In this document: piece after piece, positions 39,391 through 47,608 of the stretch
How the letters are laid out: each line of letters begins with the position of its first letter
Numbering within the stretch: position 1 is the stretch's first letter
DNA from: an uncultured Pseudomonadota bacterium
GTDB taxonomy: Bacteria > Pseudomonadota > Alphaproteobacteria > Rs-D84
NCBI GenBank assembly: GCA_902801125.1
Contig: CADCGT010000001.1
Location: 97,101-161,100, forward strand
Length of the DNA: 64,000 nt
Direction: 5' to 3'
The notes under the pieces: generated by a model
Database searches by the model: none
Told to the model about the DNA's origin: nothing
The model's input: the letters and a program-made list of their open reading frames with translations, nothing else
Translations under genes and position numbers: made by a program

Positions 39391-41148
39391 TTGTCTGTGC
39401 GCCTGTTGCCTGATTACCTTGTCAACCAAATCGCCGCCGGCGAAGTTGTTGAAAACGGCGCAAGTGTCGTCAAAGAAACGGTTGAAAATGCACTGGACGC
39501 CGGTTCGGACCAGATTATTGTCGATGTCGTTGATGGTGGTCGCACGATGATAAACATCGTTGACAATGGTTCGGGAATGTCGCGCGAAGATTTGGCAAAA
39601 TGTATCGAACGGCATGCAACATCTAAATTGCCCGACGATGATTTGATGAACATAAACTTTATGGGTTTCCGGGGCGAGGCATTACCTTCTATCGCGTCTG
39701 TATCTGAAATGTCGATTGATACATGTAATGGGGCGGATTCAAATGGGTGGCATTTGGATTGTGAAAAGGGCGAAATTCGGCCGTCCGATTGGCAAAGTGG
39801 AACACGGATTCGTGTTAAAAACCTGTTTGCGAAAACGCCGGCGCGGTTAAAGTTTTTGAAAACCGACCGTGCGGAAAATATGGCGGTGTTGGATGTTATA
39901 AAACGGCTGGCCTTGGCGCGGACCGATGTTGGGTTTGTGTTGAACAACAAATGGCGGTTTCCAAAAAATCAACCGCTGATGGAACGAATCGTTGCCGTTA
40001 TGGGCGAAGATGTGCGCGGGGCGATGCATGCGGTTGGTGCCGAATCGGCATCAACGGGCGGAATGAAATTGACGGGTTATATTTCCGACCCAACATTGCG
40101 ACGCGCGTCGTCGGTGGACCAATTTTTATTTGTGAACGGCCGGCCCGTCAAAGACAAAGTCTTGGTTGGTGCGTTGCGTGCCGCGTATATGGATGTTATG
40201 CATGCGCGGGAATTCCCGCTGTGCGCGCTGTATTTGACTTTGCCGGCGTCCGCGGTCGATGTAAATGTGTCCCCAACCAAGACCGAGGTTCATTTTTTGG
40301 AACCGAATCATGTGCGCGCGTTTATTATAAAAAGCCTGCGCGAAGTGTTGGCGCGAACTATGGTTGCAAATGCCCCGGTGGCGGGTGAAGAAAAAATTTA
40401 TTTTCACGGCCCGATTATATCACGTGCAAATGTGCCGACGAATCAATCGCCCCGTGCGGTCTTTCAACCGCGTCCGGTGGGCGGATTGTTTGCCGGAAAT
40501 AAAAATCCAGACTTTGCGGGAACCGCACTGGGCGCGCCCGCGCATACGCCGGCCGTGGATACAAATGTTGACGATATTTTTGAAAATCGCCCCCTGGGTT
40601 GGGTAATTGGGCAAATTGCAAATAAATATATTTTGGCGACAAATGGGGAATCATTGGTTGTTATTGACCAACACGCCGCGCACGAACGCATAACATACGA
40701 AAAGATGCGCAAACACGAAATAAAATCCCAACCACTGTTGACGCCGATTGTGGTGCAAATGCGCGCCGAAGATGTTGCGGCGATTTTGTCCATCGCGGAT
40801 GAAATGCGGGCGTCAGGTTTGGTGCTGGACGCGTTCGGCGAAGACGCAATTGCGATTTTTGAAAAACCGGCGGATTGGGATTTGAATTGGGCAAGTGTCC
40901 TGCACGATATCGCGGACGAGGTTCGCGCATACGGACATTCGGCGCAACTGGGTGAACGATTGCATTTGAAATTGGCAAATCACGCGTGCCATCATTCGGT
41001 GCGTGCGGGTCAAAAATTAGATATGAATCAAATGGACGCGTTGCTGCGCGATATTGAACGAACCGAACACGGGGGCGAATGTAATCACGGCCGCCCGGTG
41101 TATAAATTTATTCCGATATCGGAAATGGATACTTGGTTTGAGAGATAG
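39391..41148 (+). CDS. mutL: DNA mismatch repair protein MutL
   Basis: GHKL ATPase motifs (AGEVVENG, DNGSGM) and a C-terminal dimerisation domain. TTG start. Confidence 0.9.
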   Translation: MSVRLLPDYLVNQIAAGEVVENGASVVKETVENALDAGSDQIIVDVVDGGRTMINIVDNGSGMSREDLAKCIERHATSKLPDDDLMNINFMGFRGEALPSIASVSEMSIDTCNGADSNGWHLDCEKGEIRPSDWQSGTRIRVKNLFAKTPARLKFLKTDRAENMAVLDVIKRLALARTDVGFVLNNKWRFPKNQPLMERIVAVMGEDVRGAMHAVGAESASTGGMKLTGYISDPTLRRASSVDQFLFVNGRPVKDKVLVGALRAAYMDVMHAREFPLCALYLTLPASAVDVNVSPTKTEVHFLEPNHVRAFIIKSLREVLARTMVANAPVAGEEKIYFHGPIISRANVPTNQSPRAVFQPRPVGGLFAGNKNPDFAGTALGAPAHTPAVDTNVDDIFENRPLGWVIGQIANKYILATNGESLVVIDQHAAHERITYEKMRKHEIKSQPLLTPIVVQMRAEDVAAILSIADEMRASGLVLDAFGEDAIAIFEKPADWDLNWASVLHDIADEVRAYGHSAQLGERLHLKLANHACHHSVRAGQKLDMNQMDALLRDIERTEHGGECNHGRPVYKFIPISEMDTWFER

Positions 41149-41150
41149 CG

Positions 41151-41208
41151 GGTAGTGATTAGTGGTTAGTGTTAGTGGTTAGTAAAACCCGCGGAAATCC
41201 GCGGGGTT
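41151..41208 (+). repeat. TTAGTGG-hairpin element 3' of mutL
   Basis: ggtagtgattagtggttagtgttagtggttagt followed by hairpin cccgcggaaatccgcggg. Confidence 0.75.
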
Positions 41209-41219
41209 CATGCGTAAAA

Positions 41220-41338
41220 AAACCAAGGTTTTTTCTATACCCCCCCGGCGGAAAAACCGAAATTTGTAACCAATTGTTTTTACGCAATAAAAAATTTTTG
41301 ATTTTTTGAAAAAAAGTGTTGATTTTAAACCTTGGTTT
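41220..41338. promoter_or_regulatory. Candidate invertible segment (97-bp core between 11-bp inverted repeats aaaccaaggtt / aaccttggttt), orientation A
   Basis: Core 41231-41327 is the reverse complement (about 90% identity) of core 61313-61409, while the flanking sequences are collinear. Confidence 0.6.
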
Positions 41339-41375
41339 ATTGTACACTTTTTATATAGGAAAAGAGAGGAAAAAT

Positions 41376-42446
41376 ATGATAAAAAAATCATTTTTACTTG
41401 GCGCGATTGTATCGATTATTACAACAAATGCCATTGCAAATCAGGTTATAACCAGTCAGACATATGTTGATAACGCAGATGCATTGAAAGTAAATATTGC
41501 CCAAGGTGTCGGCACAAACAACGCAAATGTTGGTAAAACTTTGGTTGTAAATTCACAGGGAAATTTGGAATTGGGAACTGTTTCGGCCGATAATTTTGTA
41601 GAAGACAGTATAACCGACGGTGTGACGAACAAAGCCCCATCCGAAAACGCCGTCCACGATGCATTGGCGGATAAACAGGATACAATCCCGGCCGCGTCAT
41701 CGGATGTTCTTGATGAAGATTGGGGAATAAGCAAAACTTTGTTGGCAACAACGGACACCGCCGGTCAAGTTGAACAAATGGGTTTTACCCAATATGGTGA
41801 ACTGGATAGTAGTAGCCTTGAATATTGGCATCTTGATGCAGATGAGTATAGTTCGATGGATTCGATGGTGCCATCTTATGCGACGCTATACTTAGGAGAC
41901 CAACAGTTGCAAAAATATATTAATGATAGGATGCAAAATGAAATTCCGCAAAGTGGAAGGGTTGTGTATCAATGGGATCACGATAATGGTAGTAACATAG
42001 CTGTCAATCTACAACCTAACGCTTCTGCATGGTTAGAGAGCTATGTCAAAGGGACAGGTTTGGTGACGAAAACAAATGCCCGTGGTATTGTTGGTGAACG
42101 TCAAATTATTGAAACGGCGGATGTTGCAAATTACGGGACCGGCACCGCCACCGAACAACAAATCCAAGAAATATCTATCCCCACAATGGGTGCGGTTATG
42201 GCGGCAATTTCGAATAATACCCCGACATTACCAACCGGTACGGCGAATACGGTCGTTATGTATAATAATTCGGGCGCAATTGGTGGGTCACGTGCGATTT
42301 ACGACGGGTCGGCAACATATAACGCGACAAATGATGCAACCAAATTGGTGGCCGCAAATGGTGTGTCAAAAATGAAGGAATGTACCCGGTGGATTGATAA
42401 CGCCGCGCACACCGACGAGAATTGTTTGCTGTGGCGGTTGCCATAG
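41376..42446 (+). CDS. secreted hypothetical protein, paralogue of 61458-62177
   Basis: Signal peptide. N- and C-termini conserved with the paralogue, including two Cys near the C-terminus. RBS AGAGAGGA. Confidence 0.6.
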   Translation: MIKKSFLLGAIVSIITTNAIANQVITSQTYVDNADALKVNIAQGVGTNNANVGKTLVVNSQGNLELGTVSADNFVEDSITDGVTNKAPSENAVHDALADKQDTIPAASSDVLDEDWGISKTLLATTDTAGQVEQMGFTQYGELDSSSLEYWHLDADEYSSMDSMVPSYATLYLGDQQLQKYINDRMQNEIPQSGRVVYQWDHDNGSNIAVNLQPNASAWLESYVKGTGLVTKTNARGIVGERQIIETADVANYGTGTATEQQIQEISIPTMGAVMAAISNNTPTLPTGTANTVVMYNNSGAIGGSRAIYDGSATYNATNDATKLVAANGVSKMKECTRWIDNAAHTDENCLLWRLP

Positions 42447-42560
42447 TGTTTGTGGCGAAAATAATTTTTTATCCCGGCACCGGCCGGGATATCTTTTTCC
42501 TTTACTTTTTGGGCTTTTTTTTCTATTCTGACCCCATAAATAATAAAAAGGAGAAAACAC

Positions 42561-42878
42561 ATGGAAGAAGTTCAGGTTGTAGATACCGTCGTAAATTCTG
42601 GGAACGTGGCCGCACCGCAACAAAACGGATGGGGCGGGTTGTTGGTATATTGTGTCTTGGCGTTCGCTGTGATATATTTCTTTATCGTGCGCCCGAATAA
42701 AAAGCGTATGGCCGAATATCAAAAAATGGTCGATTCGGTTGCCGTGGGCAATCGTATTATGGCCGCCGGTATTTACGGAACGGTTAAAAAAATAAATGAA
42801 AAAACGGTAGAGATGGAAATCGCCAAAGGCGTCGTGATAGAGGTCAGCAAAAACGCAATCGGCGCGGTCGAAAAATAA
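42561..42878 (+). CDS. yajC: preprotein translocase subunit YajC
   Basis: Single TM. YajC fold. Upstream of secDF. Confidence 0.85.
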   Translation: MEEVQVVDTVVNSGNVAAPQQNGWGGLLVYCVLAFAVIYFFIVRPNKKRMAEYQKMVDSVAVGNRIMAAGIYGTVKKINEKTVEMEIAKGVVIEVSKNAIGAVEK

Positions 42879-42884
42879 AAGGGT

Positions 42885-44453
42885 ATGGTTATGTTGAAAA
42901 AATTATTGATTATATTTGTTGCCGTGTTTGGCGTGTTGTTGGCGGTGCCAACAATGTGGTCGGGCGCGTCAAAATATTTTCCGTCGTGGATGCACCCAAT
43001 ATCACTGGGGCTGGATTTAAAAGGCGGGGCGCAATTGTTGCTTGAGGTTGATACCGCAACCATGTTCAAAGAAAAATCGGTCCAATTGTATGACGAAGTG
43101 CGCAGTGCCATGATTGACCGCACCAAAGGCGTGATTCGGTTTTCAAACCTGCGTAATAATGATGGCGTGGTGTCGTTGACACTGCGCGAAGGCGAAGATA
43201 TGTCGCGCGCCAAAGGTCGGTTGAAAAGCGTGTTCGGAAATACCGTTGATGTGTCAACATCGGGACGGACAATAACACTGTCGTATTCCGATAAACAGAA
43301 AGAAGAAATGACCGCCGACGCGTTGGCGCGCAGTATCGAAATCGTGCGGCGCCGTATTGATGCGTTGGGAACCAAGGAACCGTCTATTCAAAGCCAGGGC
43401 GGAAAATATATCTTGGTGCAATTGCCGGGCGTCGATAATCCCGAACATATCAAAGAATTGATTGGACAAACCGCAAAAATGACTTTCCATTTGGTGAATG
43501 AAAATGTGACCGGCGAACAATTGGCGTCCGGTGTTGCGCCGGCGGGAACAGAATTCTTGCCGTATATGGATTCGCCATGGAACACTGTGCCGGTTTATTC
43601 GCGAATCGAAGTGTCGGGCGAAAGCCTTAAAGATTCCCAGGCGGATTTTGACCAAAATAATATGCCGGTTGTGACAACGGTGTTTGATGCGACGGGTGCG
43701 CGGCGGTTCGCAAAACTGACCACCGAACACGTGAATGAACGATTCGCAATTGTGTTGGATGGACGTGTGTTGTCTGCGCCGACAATTCGTGAACCGATTC
43801 CGGGTGGCCGTGGCCAGATTTCCGGCGGATTCACTTTACAGGGCGCAAAAGATTTGGCCGTTCTGTTGCGCAGTGGCGCGTTGCCGGCACCGTTACAGGT
43901 TATCGAAGAACGCACCGTTGGTGCCGGTTTGGGCGCCGACACCATTGCCGCGGGTAAAATTGGTTCGGCGATTGGTGTGTTGTTGGTCTTGATGTTTATG
44001 GTGTTGGTGTATCGCGGTTTTGGTGTGATTGCCGATGTGGTGTTGTTGGTCAACCTTGCAATGATTATTGGTGTGTCTGCGTTGATGGGTGCGACACTTA
44101 CATTGCCGGGTATTGCGGGTATCGTGTTGACTTTGGGTATGGCGGTGGACGCAAACATTTTGCCGTTTGAACGTATTCGTGACGAAGTGCGTTCGGGGGC
44201 AACGCCGTTGCGGGCCGTGGATGCCGGGTTCGGACGTTCTATGAAGACCGTGTTGGACGGTGAATTGACCAATTTGATTTGTGCGCTGATTCTGTTCCAA
44301 TTTGGGGCGGGGCCGATTCGTGGGTTTGCGGTGACACTGTCCATCGGTGTTATAACAACGCTGTTCACATGTTTGATGTTGTCGCGCGTGTTGATAGATT
44401 GGTGGATGGGCGGCAAAAATAAAAAGATTGGATATATAAGAAACAAAAAGTAA
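42885..44453 (+). CDS. secD: protein translocase subunit SecD
   Basis: SecD periplasmic domain and 6-TM core. Confidence 0.9.
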   Translation: MVMLKKLLIIFVAVFGVLLAVPTMWSGASKYFPSWMHPISLGLDLKGGAQLLLEVDTATMFKEKSVQLYDEVRSAMIDRTKGVIRFSNLRNNDGVVSLTLREGEDMSRAKGRLKSVFGNTVDVSTSGRTITLSYSDKQKEEMTADALARSIEIVRRRIDALGTKEPSIQSQGGKYILVQLPGVDNPEHIKELIGQTAKMTFHLVNENVTGEQLASGVAPAGTEFLPYMDSPWNTVPVYSRIEVSGESLKDSQADFDQNNMPVVTTVFDATGARRFAKLTTEHVNERFAIVLDGRVLSAPTIREPIPGGRGQISGGFTLQGAKDLAVLLRSGALPAPLQVIEERTVGAGLGADTIAAGKIGSAIGVLLVLMFMVLVYRGFGVIADVVLLVNLAMIIGVSALMGATLTLPGIAGIVLTLGMAVDANILPFERIRDEVRSGATPLRAVDAGFGRSMKTVLDGELTNLICALILFQFGAGPIRGFAVTLSIGVITTLFTCLMLSRVLIDWWMGGKNKKIGYIRNKK

Positions 44454-44465
44454 AAGGGTTATATT

Positions 44466-45329
44466 ATGAAACTGCATTTTATGAAATATCGTAAATTGTC
44501 GTACTGGATTTCCGGCGCGTTGGTGTTGATATCGATATTGTCGTTGGCGGTCAAGGGACTGAATTATGGAATTGATTTTGCCGGTGGTATTTCGATGGAG
44601 GTTAAATCGGTCGATGCCGGTTATGGCGTGGATAAAATGCGTCATGATTTGGCGGCGTTTAAACCAGAACTGCAATCGGTGGATAATGATTCTGTGCTGA
44701 TTCGCGTTGGATTGCCACGTGGCGCAACCGATGCGGAACAAAATGAACGCGTGCGCGAAATCAAAGATATCTTGGGCAATCGCGTCGAATATTCCCAGGT
44801 GCAAATTGTCGGTCCAAAAATTGGTGGCGAATTGGTGCGTGGCGGTATTTTGGCCGTATTGGTATCCTTTATACTGATGGCGGTTTATATTTGGATACGG
44901 TATCGCGGGGGGTATGCGATTGGTTCATTCGTGTCGTTGGTTTTGGACTTTGTGCTGATGTTTGGATTCTTTTCAATCGTCGGGTTGGAATTTAACCAGA
45001 CCGCAATCGCAATTATCTTGATGGGTATCGGATATTCTATCAACGATAAAGTTGTGAACTATGACCGTATCGATGAAAATATCAAAAAATATCACAAAAT
45101 GCCGATGGAAGAATTGATTGATTTGTCGGTCAATGAAATGCTGTCGCGAACGATTATGACAAGTATTACCACGATACTGGCGTTGGTGGGATTGTTTGTG
45201 TTCGGTGGAATTGCGTTGCGCGATTTCGCAATTGCAATGACATTTTCGGTCGTGATGGGAACACTTACCAGTATCTATATTTCTAATGTTATTTTGTATC
45301 ACTTTAATTTGCGTGAAACAAAGTATTGA
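44466..45329 (+). CDS. secF: protein translocase subunit SecF
   Basis: SecF motifs (GIDFAGG). Follows secD. Confidence 0.9.
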   Translation: MKLHFMKYRKLSYWISGALVLISILSLAVKGLNYGIDFAGGISMEVKSVDAGYGVDKMRHDLAAFKPELQSVDNDSVLIRVGLPRGATDAEQNERVREIKDILGNRVEYSQVQIVGPKIGGELVRGGILAVLVSFILMAVYIWIRYRGGYAIGSFVSLVLDFVLMFGFFSIVGLEFNQTAIAIILMGIGYSINDKVVNYDRIDENIKKYHKMPMEELIDLSVNEMLSRTIMTSITTILALVGLFVFGGIALRDFAIAMTFSVVMGTLTSIYISNVILYHFNLRETKY

Positions 45330-45369
45330 TTGTGTGGCCGGTCATAAAACAAAAGGAAAGGGGGGACGT

Positions 45370-46881
45370 ATGAGGTTTATAAAATTATTATGCGGGATGT
45401 TTCTTGGCGCGTTTGTGACCGGCGCATATGCGGGTAATTTGTTCTTTGATGATGAGCCCGTGCGTGACGGTATAAATGTGATTCAGATGTCACGTGACTT
45501 TGCCGATATTTATGAAAAATTGGATGGTGTTAAATGGGGCGGTAAAAGTATAAATGTCGCAATCGAAAGTTTGGAAAATATGAACACTAATGCACATATC
45601 GCCGCAACCGATGAACGTGTGGTTTTGGTGTGGGGCGATTCGATTGTTGCAAACTATCCGCGACCGGCGGCGCGTGATTGGGATGCGTTCGGGGAAATTA
45701 CAACGGCGTTGATTTTGAAAATGCGTGAACGCGATGCAAACCTGCGTGCGGCAAGCAACAGCGAGATTTATCGTGCGGTGGTCGATGGACTTATGCGCGG
45801 GATAGATGAAAATGGTCGGTATATTTTTTCCGAAGATGCCGCGGTGAATGATGACGGCCGAATTATTACCAGTGTTGGAATCGAAGGCGCACGTGACGGG
45901 CGTGGAAATTTCCGCGTGTTGGGTGTGTACAAGGCGTCCCCGGCCGATAATGCCGGTATTTCCGTCGGTGATTTAATTGGTGAAATAAATGGGACACTGG
46001 TTTCCGAAATGTCTGATTCGGCATTGGCGTCAATGATGTCGGGATTTAATTCGGGGACATTAAAGATGACGCTTATAACGCCGGGTGGCACACGCCGGGT
46101 GGTGGTGCGTCGCGCAACAATTGTTTTGGCGGATACCGATGTCGTATTTATGGACGATGACAATGGCGGTGTGTTGGAAATTGTCGTAAATCGTATCTCT
46201 GACAGTGCGGTTTCCATCGTGGCCGAGGCGTTAAATAAACACACAAATCTGTCGGGGGTGATTTTGGATTTACGCGCGGCGTTTGGTGATGATGAACGCG
46301 CGGCGGCAAAGTTGGCGGGACTTTTTATTGGTGAAACCCCAATCATGCGTATTGTTGAAACCGCGGGTCAAGAATTAGAAATCGTGCCCGGGGGCGATGC
46401 GGTGACAAATGCGCCGGTCGTTGTTGTGGTTTCTAATATGACGCGTGGCACTGCCGAGGCGATTGCAAGTGCGTTTTATGAAACGGGGCGTGGTGTGTTG
46501 ATTGGAACGCCAAGTGCCGGTGCGGCGCGAATCGCATCACGCATAGAGTTAAATAATGGTGCAATGTTGGAATTGTTGAATAAATCTATTAAAACCGGAC
46601 GCGGAATCGTGCTTGATGGGCGCGGTGTGTTCCCGATTGTTTGTTTGTCGAATATTCGCAGTGCGTCGCAACAAAGTGCATTCTTTCTTAATGTTGTAAA
46701 TCATGATTTTCGTGCGCGTGATTTTAATGGCGATGCAAATGTTGATGCAGAATCTGTGCGTCGCGGTTGCCCAACGATAACCAGTGGCGAAGACGAAGAT
46801 TTACTGGCGCGGTCGGTCGCGGTTCAGATTTTGACCGACGGCAAAGTGTATAACAGGTTGCTGAATATCAGCGCACAATAA
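45370..46881 (+). CDS. S41-family (C-terminal processing, Ctp-like) peptidase homologue
   Basis: Signal peptide and PDZ-like segment. At the expected RGSASA nucleophile region the sequence reads RGTAEA. Confidence 0.65.
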   Translation: MRFIKLLCGMFLGAFVTGAYAGNLFFDDEPVRDGINVIQMSRDFADIYEKLDGVKWGGKSINVAIESLENMNTNAHIAATDERVVLVWGDSIVANYPRPAARDWDAFGEITTALILKMRERDANLRAASNSEIYRAVVDGLMRGIDENGRYIFSEDAAVNDDGRIITSVGIEGARDGRGNFRVLGVYKASPADNAGISVGDLIGEINGTLVSEMSDSALASMMSGFNSGTLKMTLITPGGTRRVVVRRATIVLADTDVVFMDDDNGGVLEIVVNRISDSAVSIVAEALNKHTNLSGVILDLRAAFGDDERAAAKLAGLFIGETPIMRIVETAGQELEIVPGGDAVTNAPVVVVVSNMTRGTAEAIASAFYETGRGVLIGTPSAGAARIASRIELNNGAMLELLNKSIKTGRGIVLDGRGVFPIVCLSNIRSASQQSAFFLNVVNHDFRARDFNGDANVDAESVRRGCPTITSGEDEDLLARSVAVQILTDGKVYNRLLNISAQ

Positions 46882-46895
46882 CAAGGAATACAGAT

Positions 46896-47552
46896 ATGTT
46901 TTTAACAAATGAAAATAAATTAAATTTTGGTGGCGTATTATTGGGTATAGTGTTGACGGCCGTATTGGTGATGGCGGGCGTGTTATGGTTCGATATTCCG
47001 GTGTATAATTTTTTGCGCACATTCAATTGTAAATTTTTCGGCATATTGGGAAATATTTTTTCCGCCAAGAATTGGGTGGTTTTGTCGGCAATCGTGTTGT
47101 TGGTATTCTTTATGCGCAAAATTTTTCAGACCGGGTTTAAATTTAGTATCAAAGATATGTATGACAAGGTCAGGGGCAGTTATGCGTTTTGGATTTTTTC
47201 ATCTGTGTTTTTGGCTGTATCGACCGGGGCGGTGTTAAAGTATGTAATTGGTCGGGCGCGTCCAATATTTTATCAAGAAATCGGAATGACCGGATTTTTC
47301 CCGGGCGCAAGTGACGCGGCATTTCATTCTATGCCGTCGGGGCATGCGATGGCGTCTTTTGCCGGATTGGTTATGATTGGTATGTTGGCGCCACGGGCAA
47401 AATGGTTCACATGGACATTGGCAACGGTTATTGCGGTGTCGCGCGTGTGCGCGGGTTTCCATTGGCCGTCTGATATTATATTTGGGGCATTTTGGGGCGT
47501 GTTGTGTGCGAACCTGGTTCGGGCATGGATGGTGCGTCGTGGACGGGCGTAA
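46896..47552 (+). CDS. PAP2-family phosphatase
   Basis: KxxxxxxRP, PSGH and SRxxxxxHxxxD motifs (PSGHAMAS, SRVCAGFHWPSD). Confidence 0.8.
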   Translation: MFLTNENKLNFGGVLLGIVLTAVLVMAGVLWFDIPVYNFLRTFNCKFFGILGNIFSAKNWVVLSAIVLLVFFMRKIFQTGFKFSIKDMYDKVRGSYAFWIFSSVFLAVSTGAVLKYVIGRARPIFYQEIGMTGFFPGASDAAFHSMPSGHAMASFAGLVMIGMLAPRAKWFTWTLATVIAVSRVCAGFHWPSDIIFGAFWGVLCANLVRAWMVRRGRA

Positions 47553-47608
47553 ATAAAAATAATCCCGGACTGTTATTTTGTCTTTTTTTATGATACAATG
47601 CCCATGAT

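Noticed and set aside
41184-41208. Hairpin cccgcggaaatccgcggg as a plus-strand terminator for mutL
   Set aside because: On the plus strand it is followed by gttcatg, not a U-run. The T-run is on the opposite strand, so it is at best a weak or bidirectional terminator. Kept only as part of the repeat element.
43595-44804. Large minus-strand ORFs (283 aa and 303 aa) inside secD/secF
   Set aside because: Antisense to well-supported secD/secF. Compositionally biased (His/Arg/Thr-rich) translations typical of shadow ORFs.
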